Shown piece by piece: positions 53,976-64,000 of a DNA stretch of 64,000 nt. Location: assembly GCF_006345805.1 (NCBI RefSeq), contig NC_043005.1, positions 31,558,001 to 31,622,000 on the forward strand, in the 5' to 3' direction. The notes below the pieces were generated by a model. It made no database searches. It saw nothing but the letters and a program-made list of their open reading frames with translations, and had not been told where the DNA came from. Each line of letters opens with the position of its first letter. Position 1 is the stretch's first letter. The position numbers and the translations under genes were made by a program. Source of the stretch: Octopus sinensis (taxonomy: Eukaryota).

Positions 53976-55010
53976 CCTCATGTTCGGATTTTCTCATAAA
54001 TAGAGAACAGAGTAATAACGAATAAAAAACTAACTGAAACAACAAAAAAATTAAATATTTTGAAATATTTTCAAAGAACAAAGAATAACATAACAAAATC
54101 GAGATGACGGAATATTCCTGAATGTGAAAATAATATCTCATCATAGCCTAATGTCCTTATATGATTTCCATCCACCATAACGAATCACCTGTTACACAAT
54201 AATTTTCCTCCTGAATATCCGTTTTTACATCTAATAACGTTCTCTTCACGTTGAGGCAAAGGACTACTGCAAATCAAGATCATAAAAGACACTTTTAAAA
54301 GTTTCTACTGGAAGCTCCTAGGTTTTGATTCCAAATCTGTCTTCGATAAAATATGTTGGAAAAATATGTTGTATAGAATACGGAGTTTCGAAAAATCGTG
54401 GGACATTTTATCTTCTGACTTCAGATCTTTCTCAACATCCTGGGGTCGATAAAGTAAGGATCAATAGATTTACATTCCTTTAGAGCAATGAATTAAATTT
54501 TAACAGTTGATTAGTCAACTAAAATTTTTACCGGGTACAATACAATCTCAATTCTTGGTTGAAATTTCACTTAAAACTGACAGATTATTTCATAGAAAAA
54601 GGTATGGATAAGCTAGGTTCTATATAAGATATAAAACTATTGACGTAATTCGAAAATACATAAAAGAAACACAATAAAACAAATGTAGATACAGGCTGGG
54701 CCCTTAGTCCCAATTGTGGAATACAAATTTCATTCCAAAATAATTAATTATCTAGCATCTCTCCTTGATGATTCTGAGATCGAATTCTTCAGGTATAATA
54801 AAATATCAGTAATATAAATGCGCATTCTTTTTTAACTAGTATACCCGTGACGTCGAAAATGCCTATTAGTTCTATTAATGATAGAAACTAGGGCATCAAC
54901 ACAATGGGAAAAACCAATGACAAATGTCAGCAATTTAGTAAACATTTACTAACACAGAATTGAAGCAGTTAAAGAATAAGATACAATTGTAACGTCTCAA
55001 TTGAAAATAT

Positions 55011-55061
<51 letters not shown>

Positions 55062-55453
55062 GCATGTATGTATATATATATACATTTATTTATATTAAGG
55101 GCATTACTATACATAAATGCCTCACACTTGGAGGGACTCTTAAAGTCAAAATTACCATAATAAACACATTGTACCGAACGCGAGGGAATACAACTCTCGA
55201 AGCGAGACTTTTAAAATAGATTCAGCTGCAGATCATTTTTATGTGCCTTGATTATGCATGCACTGACGATTAAAAAATGCATTTTGTGCACTAAGTATGA
55301 AATCATATGATCTGCAGCTGAATCTGTTTTTAAAAGGCTTTAATATATTTAAAGGGAATAATTAATAAATTTTTCCCTTATGAGGTTTTTTCACGCTAAC
55401 TACTTGATAATTTCTTATAAAGATTTTATCCTATATATATATATATATATATA

Positions 55454-56679
55454 CAGGGTGCGTAAGATATTTGAGGATAGATTTATGTTTATAAAAAAAA
55501 AAACAGATATATAATAACAGTTAATAACTTTATTTATCAAAAAATGCTATGAGGATATAAAAAACCTTTTCTCTAATGTTATTCGATAAAGTCACCTTCA
55601 GCTTCAACAACTGCTTCTGTACGAGATCTATATCATCTACATGTTCGAATCATGTATTCCTAGTTCATTTTGGATATTACTCTGACTATGGCAGCTTTCA
55701 AACAATCTTTGGTGTTATGGGCATGTTCATTGACTTCTCTCTCAACAACGCTCCACTGGATTGAGATCTGGGGAATTAGGACGCCAAATGTTATGTGTTA
55801 TATGATCGTGAAAATTTTCAGCCATCCATTTCTGTGTCATTGTTCAGAGTCTTACTGTGTCATAGTGCAGAGTCTTACTGAAATATATATGGCCTTCCAT
55901 TGCATAAACTGTCTATCCAGGGCTTAACAATTATTTCCAGGAGTTCAATGTAGGTTGTAGACTTAATTCTAAGGCCTTGTGGAAAGAAGTAAGGAGGCAT
56001 CACATGTCCTTCATTGATGACAATCCCTAAAGCCATGACAGTTACAGAAAATTTTGTATGCATAAAACTTGGAACTTGAGAAGGGTCTGCACATAATCAT
56101 CTATCATTTCTTCTGTTAACTTTTTGATCTAGGTCAAAGTTTTTCTCATTGAGAAAAACCAAAAATTAAATCTTCTTTTTCTGGATTTTTCAATTTGTTT
56201 AAAAGCCTTTTGGATTAGATGTAGTGATTTTCTTTTGCTATTTCTGACAAATTCACTTTTCCTCATCATATAAGACATATCTCTGATGTCTTCGTGGACA
56301 ACATTTCTGACTGTTCCTTCTGATGCATGGAGATCTTTTGCAATTGACCTCATGGAATTTCTGGGATTGTAATCAATGGTCTGTTGAACTTGTTGGATAA
56401 ATTCAGGTGTTCTGATAATTTCAGAGCGTTTAGTATGCTCTTTTTATGCTTTGATAATGGTAATACGTTTCCGTCGTCAGTCTCTAGCTACTTACAAAAT
56501 TTGTCGATGAAAGACCTGGCAACTTTTAAAAAGTCGAGATATTTCTAAATTGCTATGCTCAGCCTCTATAACCATAATAACAGTATGCCTCTTAATTTCT
56601 GAAACAAAGATTATACAGTTAGCAAAAAATGCAGCAATGACCTTAAAAAGGTATATCTTCAAATACCTTACGTACCCTG
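55454..56679 (-). mobile_element. mariner/maT-like DNA transposon, TIR to TIR
   Basis: TIRs CAGGGTGCGTAAGATATTTGA and (reverse complement) CAGGGTACGTAAGGTATTTGA, flanked by TA. MRSIAKDLHASEGTVRNVVHED, VM.LG....GHVMPPYFFPQGLRI...YIE.LE..VKPWI and PNSPDLNP. Confidence 0.9.
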
Positions 56680-56699
56680 TATATGTATATATGTATATA

Positions 56700-56910
56700 T
56701 ATATATATATGTTTGTGTGCCTGTGTTTGTCCCCACCCTCGCTTTACAACCGATGTTGGTGTGTTTACGCCCACGTAACTTAGAGGTTCGGCAAAAGGGA
56801 AAGATAGAATAAATAGTAGGTGTACAAAGAATAAGTCTTGGGGTCGATTTGTTCGACTAAAGTGCTCCAGCATGGCCGTAGTCAAATGACTGAAACAAAG
56901 AAAGGAATAA
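56700..56910 (+). mobile_element. SINE 3' half (7492 family)
   Basis: tgtgtttgtcccc...acaaccgatgttggtgtgtttacg...ggggtcgatttgttcgactaaa. Confidence 0.8.
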
Positions 56911-57047
56911 AAGAAAGAGTGTAAACATATATATATATATATATTATATATATATATAAGCATACATACGTACAATAAAGGTCAAGCTTCTTTCAGATTC
57001 CATCCACCTATTCACATAGCTTTTTTCGGCCCATTGACATAGTGGAA

Positions 57048-57120
<73 letters not shown>

Positions 57121-57263
57121 CATATATAAGAGTGTATAAGTATTTATATACGGAGAGGAGACCCTTGACAAGACGCCTTACGTGATACAAAAGGCAGCGA
57201 AACTCAAACTACGAAAAAGAGTAAATTCAAAAAGAATGAAAACAACAATTATTTATAGTTAAT

Positions 57264-57329
57264 CCCAAACTCGAGTTTCTGTATTAATGAACAAATAAAT
57301 TAATTTGTCATCCGCACTTCCTCAGTGGG
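57264..57329 (-). ncRNA. Minimal type I hammerhead ribozyme motif
   Basis: Minus strand reads CCCA-CUGAGGA-A-[GU..AUGACAAAU/AUUUGUUCAU..AC]-A-GAAAC-UCGA-GUU-UGGG: perfect 4-bp stem I, canonical core, palindromic stem III loop, and an A/A mismatch at 10.1-11.1. Confidence 0.65.
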
Positions 57330-58163
57330 TCGCTAAGGCAATGAATAATTATGTAGCTATGCGTACCTTATGTTTTCAAATCAACCGCACAAGTGCAGTC
57401 ACATAGTCATTAGCAAATAATAAAATGAAAACTGCGTATCAAAAGGCTTTGAAATTATTAAAATTTTACTGTGAAAATTTAAGGGTAGAAAATTTAGAAA
57501 AATTTCATAACGGTGGCTAGCACGCGTAATAAAAGTCAATATACAACATGTTTTCATATATAATAATGCATAAGTATTTATACACAGAGAGGTGACACTT
57601 GACAGGAAGCGTTACATGCTATTGACTTTTATTACGCATGCTAGCCGCCGATATAAAAAATTTTCTAAATTTTCTACCGTTATAATTTTCATATTGTATA
57701 TATATATGTTTAGTTGACGAGTTAAGAATATTTATGACCACACCTAGTCATGAGCTGTCAACTCACTCTTGCCCTTCATTCTAAACAGATACAGTACTCT
57801 AGTCTTAGATTTAGTAGTTGATAAAAAGACAAACAAATTGGAAATGCACCACAATCCTTTACAAACTATGACACCAGTAAGCTTCATGCATTTCTTGGAA
57901 GTGTAGTATATTCTTAGCTACAATAGCGACAACATGGATTTCTTCCATCTTTGTGCTCTGTTAACGTATTTGAGTAAAATTATATTAATGTGTCCGACTG
58001 ATTAAAGTTCTATTTGAGCAGCTGATGATAGTCCTACATTTAAATTGATATAATAATTGCATAGTTCAATTAAAAGAAGCTGCTTGAAACGGTCGTCATC
58101 ATCACTTCTTGATATTCTGTTACTTATTTTGATTATGTGTGTGTGTATATACATATATATATA

Positions 58164-58215
<52 letters not shown>

Positions 58216-58349
58216 TATATATATATGTATACATATTTACATAATATATGTAATATGTATAAATGTATGTGTAGCTATTGAATGTGTACAAATCAGATAA
58301 GTGCCAAGCATATTACAGCCTACTAATAAATTCCAGGCTTAAGCGAAAC

Positions 58350-58572
58350 GTTTTTGTATAACATATTCTTTTACTTGTTTCAGTCATTTGATTGTGGCCA
58401 TGCTGGAGCACCGCCTTTAGTCGAGCAAATCGACCCCAGGATTTATTCTTTGTAAGCCTAGTACTTATTCTATCTGTCTCTTTTGCCGAACCGCTAAGTT
58501 ACGGGGACGTAAACACACCAGCATCGGTTGTCAAGCGATGTTGGGGAGACAGACACACAAACATAGACGCAC

Positions 58573-58623
<51 letters not shown>

Positions 58624-58737
58624 AGGCTTTGGTCGGCCCAAGGCTATAGTAGAAGACATTTGCCAACGGTGCCACGCAGTGGGACTGAAACCGCAACCAT
58701 GTGGTTGGTAAGCAAGCTACTTACTACACAGCCACTC
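58350..58737 (-). mobile_element. tRNA-derived SINE (7492 family), near full length
   Basis: Reverse complement of the family, with an internal (CA)n. Confidence 0.85.
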
Positions 58738-58994
58738 TAATATGGGTAAATTAAGAAGTGGAGTGAATACCAAGTGTTATTTAAATAACATATAAATACT
58801 TACATTGTTTCATACGATCAACTCACATCCATAAACCACGTTACTAATAGTTTCACGTACTTGGGTTTCAATGCATATGAAACTATTACTAGCATGGTTC
58901 ATGTGTGTGAGGTGATCGTATAGAACAAAATGTTTACTCTCGCCAGACGGAGTACTCTTTTTGTTGAACGCTGTTACAGGGATCAATTCATTAT

Positions 58995-59770
58995 ATATAT
59001 AGACATGGTTTCATGCGGCAGGATTCAAGAAAATTTGGCCAACTACAAACATCCCACGCAGATCCTGCAGACAAGGCCTGCTGAGTGAAGCAGATGATTA
59101 GGAATGCGCTGCAGATCTCCCTGAGTGGAACGACTAACCAGAGATCATCAAGAAGACCGGCTCGAGATCCGACATAGTGCTCCACTCCCAGAATGCCAAG
59201 ATCCTCTTGATCGAACTCACTGTACCTTACGAAACCAGGAGTGAAGATGCCCATGTCTACAAGATAGAAAAGTACGCCGACTTGGCCAGAGATATGAGGG
59301 ACGATGGATTCAAAACCAATGTCTCCGCAGTCAAGGTTGGCGCCAACGGATTTGTAGGCTCATCTGGCTACAACCTCAAGAAACAACTGGCCATCTCTCG
59401 AAGAAGCAGGACTAGAACCTTGAGAGCCATGGGAGAAGCGGCGAAGGCTTCAAGTTGGATCTGGTCTAGAAGGATCAAAGGCCAACTTCATAAGGCTTAA
59501 TTTGTCCCAGTTCAAGCGAGTACCAAATTGGCGTAGTCGTGTAAACTGCGCCTCTGGAGCCGGTGATCCGGATTCGAATTCCGCTAGGTCGTCCGAGCGC
59601 TCACCAGTGCACCCAGCTGGAAGCGGGTACTTAGCCGTTCTCAGGACCGCAGCACACGTCACAGCAGTGCTTGAAACCAGAGAAACCAATCCACCTAAGG
59701 CGTACTAAGTCAGAGGTTAAGGGCCGAAACACTTGCCTAAAGGGGGTTTCTCCTCTGAGGACCACCTGTT
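58995..59770 (+). mobile_element. HERO/NeSL-type RLE LINE 3' end
   Basis: DLPEWND.PEIIKKTGSRSDIVLHS....LLIELTVPYE...E.AH..K.EKY.DL........V.VGANGFVGSS, the PD..E-LTVP RLE pattern of this clade, then a ~270-bp GC-rich 3' UTR. Confidence 0.75.
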
Positions 59771-59789
59771 GTTACGCTCTCCCCGAGTT

Positions 59790-61548
59790 TCTCGAAGAAG
59801 GAGAAATAAGCTATATGAAATCTCTGAGCGAGATGTAAACAGTACCAATACGGAATCGTAACATAAAATTGCCAACCAAGTCTGACGTCCTATACCAGAC
59901 TGTGTTACTCATGTTTATAGATGTCTCTACCAGCTGGCTAACGACACACATTCTGTGTCCGATTAGTGTTTCTGAGGCGAGGTAAGCTCTCCCATCCGTA
60001 GCCTTATGTGATACACAAGAACTCGAGTTTCTAGGTGGTTACCCGGCCTCCGTGAATGTTAATCATATCATAGTGATGAAAACTCACTCCACTCGCAAAA
60101 TACTATATGCTTTTCCAGCTACAAACCGTCGCTGATTTGGAAAAAGGAGAAATAAGCTATATTAAATCTCTGAGCAAGATGTAAACAGTAGCAATAAGGA
60201 ATTGTAACATATAATTGCCAACCAAATTTGACGTTCTATACGGAATGTGCTAAAGACGTTTATAGCCCTAGGAAGATATCTCTACCAGCTGGCTAACGAC
60301 ACATATACTGTGGACGATTAGTGTTTGCGAGGGAAATCAGCGCTTCCATCTCTCGCCTTATATGATACACAAGGACTCGAGTTTCTCGGTGGCTATTTGT
60401 CCAAGGGGTATGTTAATCACCAGCTCGTGATGAAAACTCACTCCACTCGCAAAATACTAGGTTTTTCTAGCGACAAACCGTCGCTGATCTCGAAAATGGA
60501 GTAATAAGCTATATTAAATCTCTGAGTGAGAGGTAAACAGTAGCAATACAAAATCGTAAGATGTAATTGCCAACCAAATGTGGCATCCTATATGGGACAG
60601 TGGTACTGACGTTTATAGCGCTGGGAAGACATCACTACCAGGAGGCTAACGACAGTCATTCTGTGTCCGATTAGTATTTGCTAGAGGAGGTCATTGCTCC
60701 CATCCTTAACCTTGTGTGATACACATGGACTCAAGTTTTTAAGTGGTTACCTGTCTTTAGCGTGTGTTAATCACTAGCTAGTGATGAGAATCCACTCCAC
60801 TCTCAAAATACTATATGTTTTTTTTCCAGCGACAATCCGTTGCTGATCTCGAAAAGGTAGAAATAAGCTATTTTAATGTATGAGCGAGATGTAAACAGTA
60901 GCAATACAGAATCGTATCATATATATGCCAACCAGCTTGGATGTCCTATACGGGACAGTGCTACTGACGTTTATAGCCCCAGGAAGACATCTCTACCAGC
61001 TGGCTAACGACAAACATTCTATGTCCGGTTAGTATTTGTGGCGGGAGCTCATCGATCTCATCCATAGCCTTACGTACTACACACGGACTCGAGTTTCTAG
61101 GCGATTACTCGTCCTCAGTGTATGTTAATCACCAGCTATTGAATCGTAACATGTAATTACGGAATCGTAACATATAATTGCCAGCCAAATGTGGCGTCCT
61201 ATATGGGACAGTAGTACTGACGTTTATAGCACTAGGAAGACATCTTTACCAGCTGGCTAACGACACACATTCTTTGCCCCATTAGTATTTTCGAGGGGAG
61301 CTCAGTGCTCCCATCCGTAGCCTTGTGTGATACAAAAGGGCTAGAGCTTCTGAGTAGTTACCCGGCTTCAGCGTGTGTTAATCACATGGTAGTGATGAAA
61401 AATCACTCCACTTGCAAAATATTATATGCTTTTTCCACCGACAAACCGTCGCTGATCTGGAAAAAGGAGAAATAAGCTATATTAATTCTCTGGGTGAGAT
61501 GTAAATAGTAGCAATAAGGAATTGTAACATATAACTGCCAACCAATAA
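59790..61548 (-). repeat. ~355-bp tandem array (~5 units), each with a hammerhead-like motif: retrozyme-like array
   Basis: The ACTCGAG anchor falls at 60021, 60375, 60729, 61087 and ~61340 (spacing 354, 354, 358, ~253). The minus-strand consensus is ACACACG-CUGA(G/A)G(A/C)-CGGGUAACCACCUA-GAAAC-UCGA-GUC-CGUGUGU. Confidence 0.8.
61079..61125 (-). ncRNA. Best-preserved hammerhead motif of the array (unit 4)
   Basis: ACAUACA-CUGAGGA(61118-61112)-CGAGUAAUCGCCUA-GAAAC(61097-61093)-UCGA-GUC(61088-61086)-CGUGUGU. The predicted cut lies between plus positions 61086 and 61085. Confidence 0.65.
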
Positions 61549-61549
61549 T

Positions 61550-61761
61550 ATAGCCTGTTTCTCCTTTTTTGTGGTCAGCTTCGCAATACTGATCAGCTCG
61601 CAAATACTAATCGGACACAGAATGTATGTCATTCTGAGATGTCTTCCTGGGGCTATAAACGTCGGTAGCTTTTTCCCGTATAGAACAGCACACTTGGTTG
61701 GCAATTATTTGTTACGATTCTGTATTGCTAGTGTTTACATCTCGCTCAGAGATTTAATACA

Positions 61762-61763
<2 letters not shown>
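61550..61763 (+). repeat. Inverted partial copy of the array unit, ending at (TA)n
   Basis: ctcgcaaatactaatcggacacagaatg...ttggttggcaatt...gtttacatctcgctcagagattt is the reverse complement of about half a unit. Confidence 0.9.
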
Positions 61764-61827
<64 letters not shown>

Positions 61828-62644
61828 TTATGCATGTATGTATAGGCGAGCATGATGTATATATATACATGTGCAAGATGGACAGCGTAATGTTACTCAA
61901 CGGGAACCAAGAACAAACTGGTGCGTTTTTGTAGACTTTGCTAGATCTGTGTAGATAAGAAAACATTGATATTTGTGAAAACTAGGATTATATGAGGAGC
62001 GCATTGTTTGAGGATTCTACAAAGAACAACTAAAGAGAGATATTTATTCTTAACTTATAGGTTGAATGTCGTGTAGAGATTAATATAAAGGAAAATGAGG
62101 AAAGTACTACTGAGTGTAGATTTGCAAGCAAAGATGGCGACAAATGGGATGGATTCTTCAACTGCTTGCAGCTTGGAATTTATATAGAAACTTATATTAG
62201 AATTTATATTTATATGGAAACATTCTGCAAATGTGTGTATGGGTGTGTATATATTTCTGTATACATATGTATATATATGTGCACGTTCAAATGTATGTGT
62301 GCATGTGTATACTTGTGTGTGCGTTTTTATGCGTGCCGGTATACGTGTTCATGAGTGTGCGCAGGCGTTGAACCGTTGCTTCTCTTATTATTGATATTGT
62401 TGGAAAGCCACAAACACTAAACTCTCCAGTTTATCTTCCCAAATATATCTAACGCTTTATTTTATACTCACCATCGTTGCCGGGCAATTTTTACAATAGA
62501 ATGTCTTTTATAAATTTTTGTTTATTCTATGTCAGACCATGCCTTCCCCAACAGATAGGCCTCTTGATCAGGTCAGATTTGTTCGACCGTTTCGCATGAC
62601 TTTATTCATTAAAACTTACTAAAACTTCAGAAATTCTTACACTT

Positions 62645-62815
62645 TAATGCAGTTCTATATTTAAGAGATGAGGAATTATGTACATTATCTACATTATTTT
62701 CATTCGACGGATATTTGTCCTCATCTTGTTTGTTGTTAACTCAACGTTTCGGCTGATATACCCTCCAGCCTTCTTCAGGTGTCTTGGGGAAATTTCGAGT
62801 TCGATTCCAAGCAGT
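62645..62815 (-). ncRNA. Penelope-pLTR-type repeat carrying a minimal type I hammerhead (62739-62782)
   Basis: Minus strand reads ACAC-CUGAAGA-A-GGCUG(GAGGGUAUAU)CAGCC-GAAAC-GUU-GAGU: perfect 5-bp stem II, palindromic ACGU stem III and stem I with one mismatch. Confidence 0.7.
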
Positions 62816-63226
62816 GACCTGGACATTAATAATAATAATACTAATAATGATAACAATAATAACAACACTAATACTAATAACCTATGTTGCCATATAGCCT
62901 TTCATCTATTTATCTATGTATGTATAAATATGTGTCTGTTATTTGTGAAAGAAAACCGAAATACAAAGAGAAAGGAAACGAGATGAAACAACAAATCAAA
63001 CAGAATATATTAAACAAAAACTATGCACGTTCGTTGTTGAGAGCAGGTGCTACACCACAAGCAATTATACATAATATATAATTACCAATGTATAGCTTTT
63101 AGTGTTTGAATTTATATGTGTAATGCTTAAACACACAAACACACACACCCATACACACATACACACAAACGTATATATGACTGCTACCAAATATGTACAT
63201 ATACAAGAATGTTTTAGCATGCACAT

Positions 63227-63263
<37 letters not shown>

Positions 63264-63267
<4 letters not shown>

Positions 63268-63643
63268 GGCGCAAGAGTGGGTGTGTGGTAAGTAGCTTTC
63301 TTACCAACCACGTGATTCCGGGTTCAGTACCACTGCGTGGCACCTTGGTCAAGTGTTTTTCTACTATAGCCTCCGTCCGATTAAAGCTTTGTGAGAGGAT
63401 TTGGTAGAAGGAAACTGAAAGAAGCCCGTCGCATATATATTCCTTGTATTGTTTGTCTTGTACTCTGTTTTTTCGTTGTTAAAAAAAGTCCGTTTCCTTG
63501 TTTGATTTTATGTTTTCGTTTCTCGTTGTGTTCTACGTTTATTTGTGGTGTCCTGTACTCATACATGCATGTATATATACATATAGATGTAGGTATGTAC
63601 ATATATGTATGATGTATGCATATGTTTTATTTATAAATTGTTG

Positions 63644-63680
<37 letters not shown>

Positions 63681-64000
63681 GGCGCAAGAGTGGGTGTGTG
63701 GTAAGTAGCTTTCTTACCAACCACGTGATTCCGGGTTCAGTACCACTGCGTGGCACTTGGTCAAGTGTTTTTCTACTATAGCCTCCGTCCGATTAAAGCT
63801 TTGTGAGAGGATTTGGTAGAAGGAAACTGAAAGAAGCCCGTCGCATATATATTCCTTGTATTGTTTGTCTTGTACTCTGTTTTTTCGTTGTTAAAAAAAG
63901 TCCGTTTCCTTGTTTGATTTTATGTTTTCGTTTCTCGTTGTGTTCTACGTTTATTTGTGGTGTCCTGTACTCATACATGCATGTATATATACATATAGAT
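63264..64000 (+). repeat. Recent 413-bp tandem duplication (SINE 5' half plus pyrimidine-rich repeat tail) bounded by (TA)n
   Basis: cataggcgcaagagtggg... starts at 63264 and 63677. The only difference I noticed is a 1-nt indel (ggcacctt vs ggcactt). Confidence 0.95.

Noticed and set aside
59720-59766. GAAAC...GUU...CUGAGGA order at the HERO 3' end, resembling a type II hammerhead
   Set aside because: Only 6 nt lie between the putative cleavage site and CUGAGGA, so there is no stem I hairpin. The stem II closing pair is C/C and stem III is weak.
59790-61548. CRISPR-like array
   Set aside because: Whole units are homologous, with no constant repeat plus unique spacer structure, and the context is eukaryotic with no cas genes.
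59790-61603. Partly open minus-strand frame across the array (GWQLYVTIPYCY...FSFFQISDGLS)
   Set aside because: A TAA in the conserved gtgattaac motif and frequent non-triplet indels break the frame, and no protein family is recognisable.

Overview
AT-rich, microsatellite-dense animal DNA with no recognisable host protein-coding gene, so probably intergenic or a very large intron. The repeat repertoire and base composition suggest an octopus/coleoid cephalopod (inference). The window is a mosaic of mostly decayed mobile elements: Penelope-like elements, a Ty3/gypsy gag-pro fragment, many R4/Dong-type RLE LINEs tied to (AAT)n tracts, two Tx1 LINEs (one near full length inside a (GATA)n tract), a CR1/L2 LINE, a HERO-like LINE 3' end, Tc1, two mariner/maT elements, Tigger/pogo, a Chapaev3-like transposase relic, MITEs and tRNA-derived SINEs. 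The most notable signal is non-coding. A ~355-bp tandem array at 59790-61763 carries, on the minus strand of every unit, a minimal type I hammerhead-ribozyme motif (stem I-CUGAGGA-stem II-GAAAC-UCGA-GUC-stem I) inside a unit rich in hairpins, which is the architecture of an animal retrozyme array. Three more dispersed hammerhead motifs occur at 20879-20914 (U3-A8 core variant), 57264-57329 and 62739-62782. All calls are by-eye motif recognition; no alignment, folding or database search was run, and boundaries are approximate to tens of bases unless stated.
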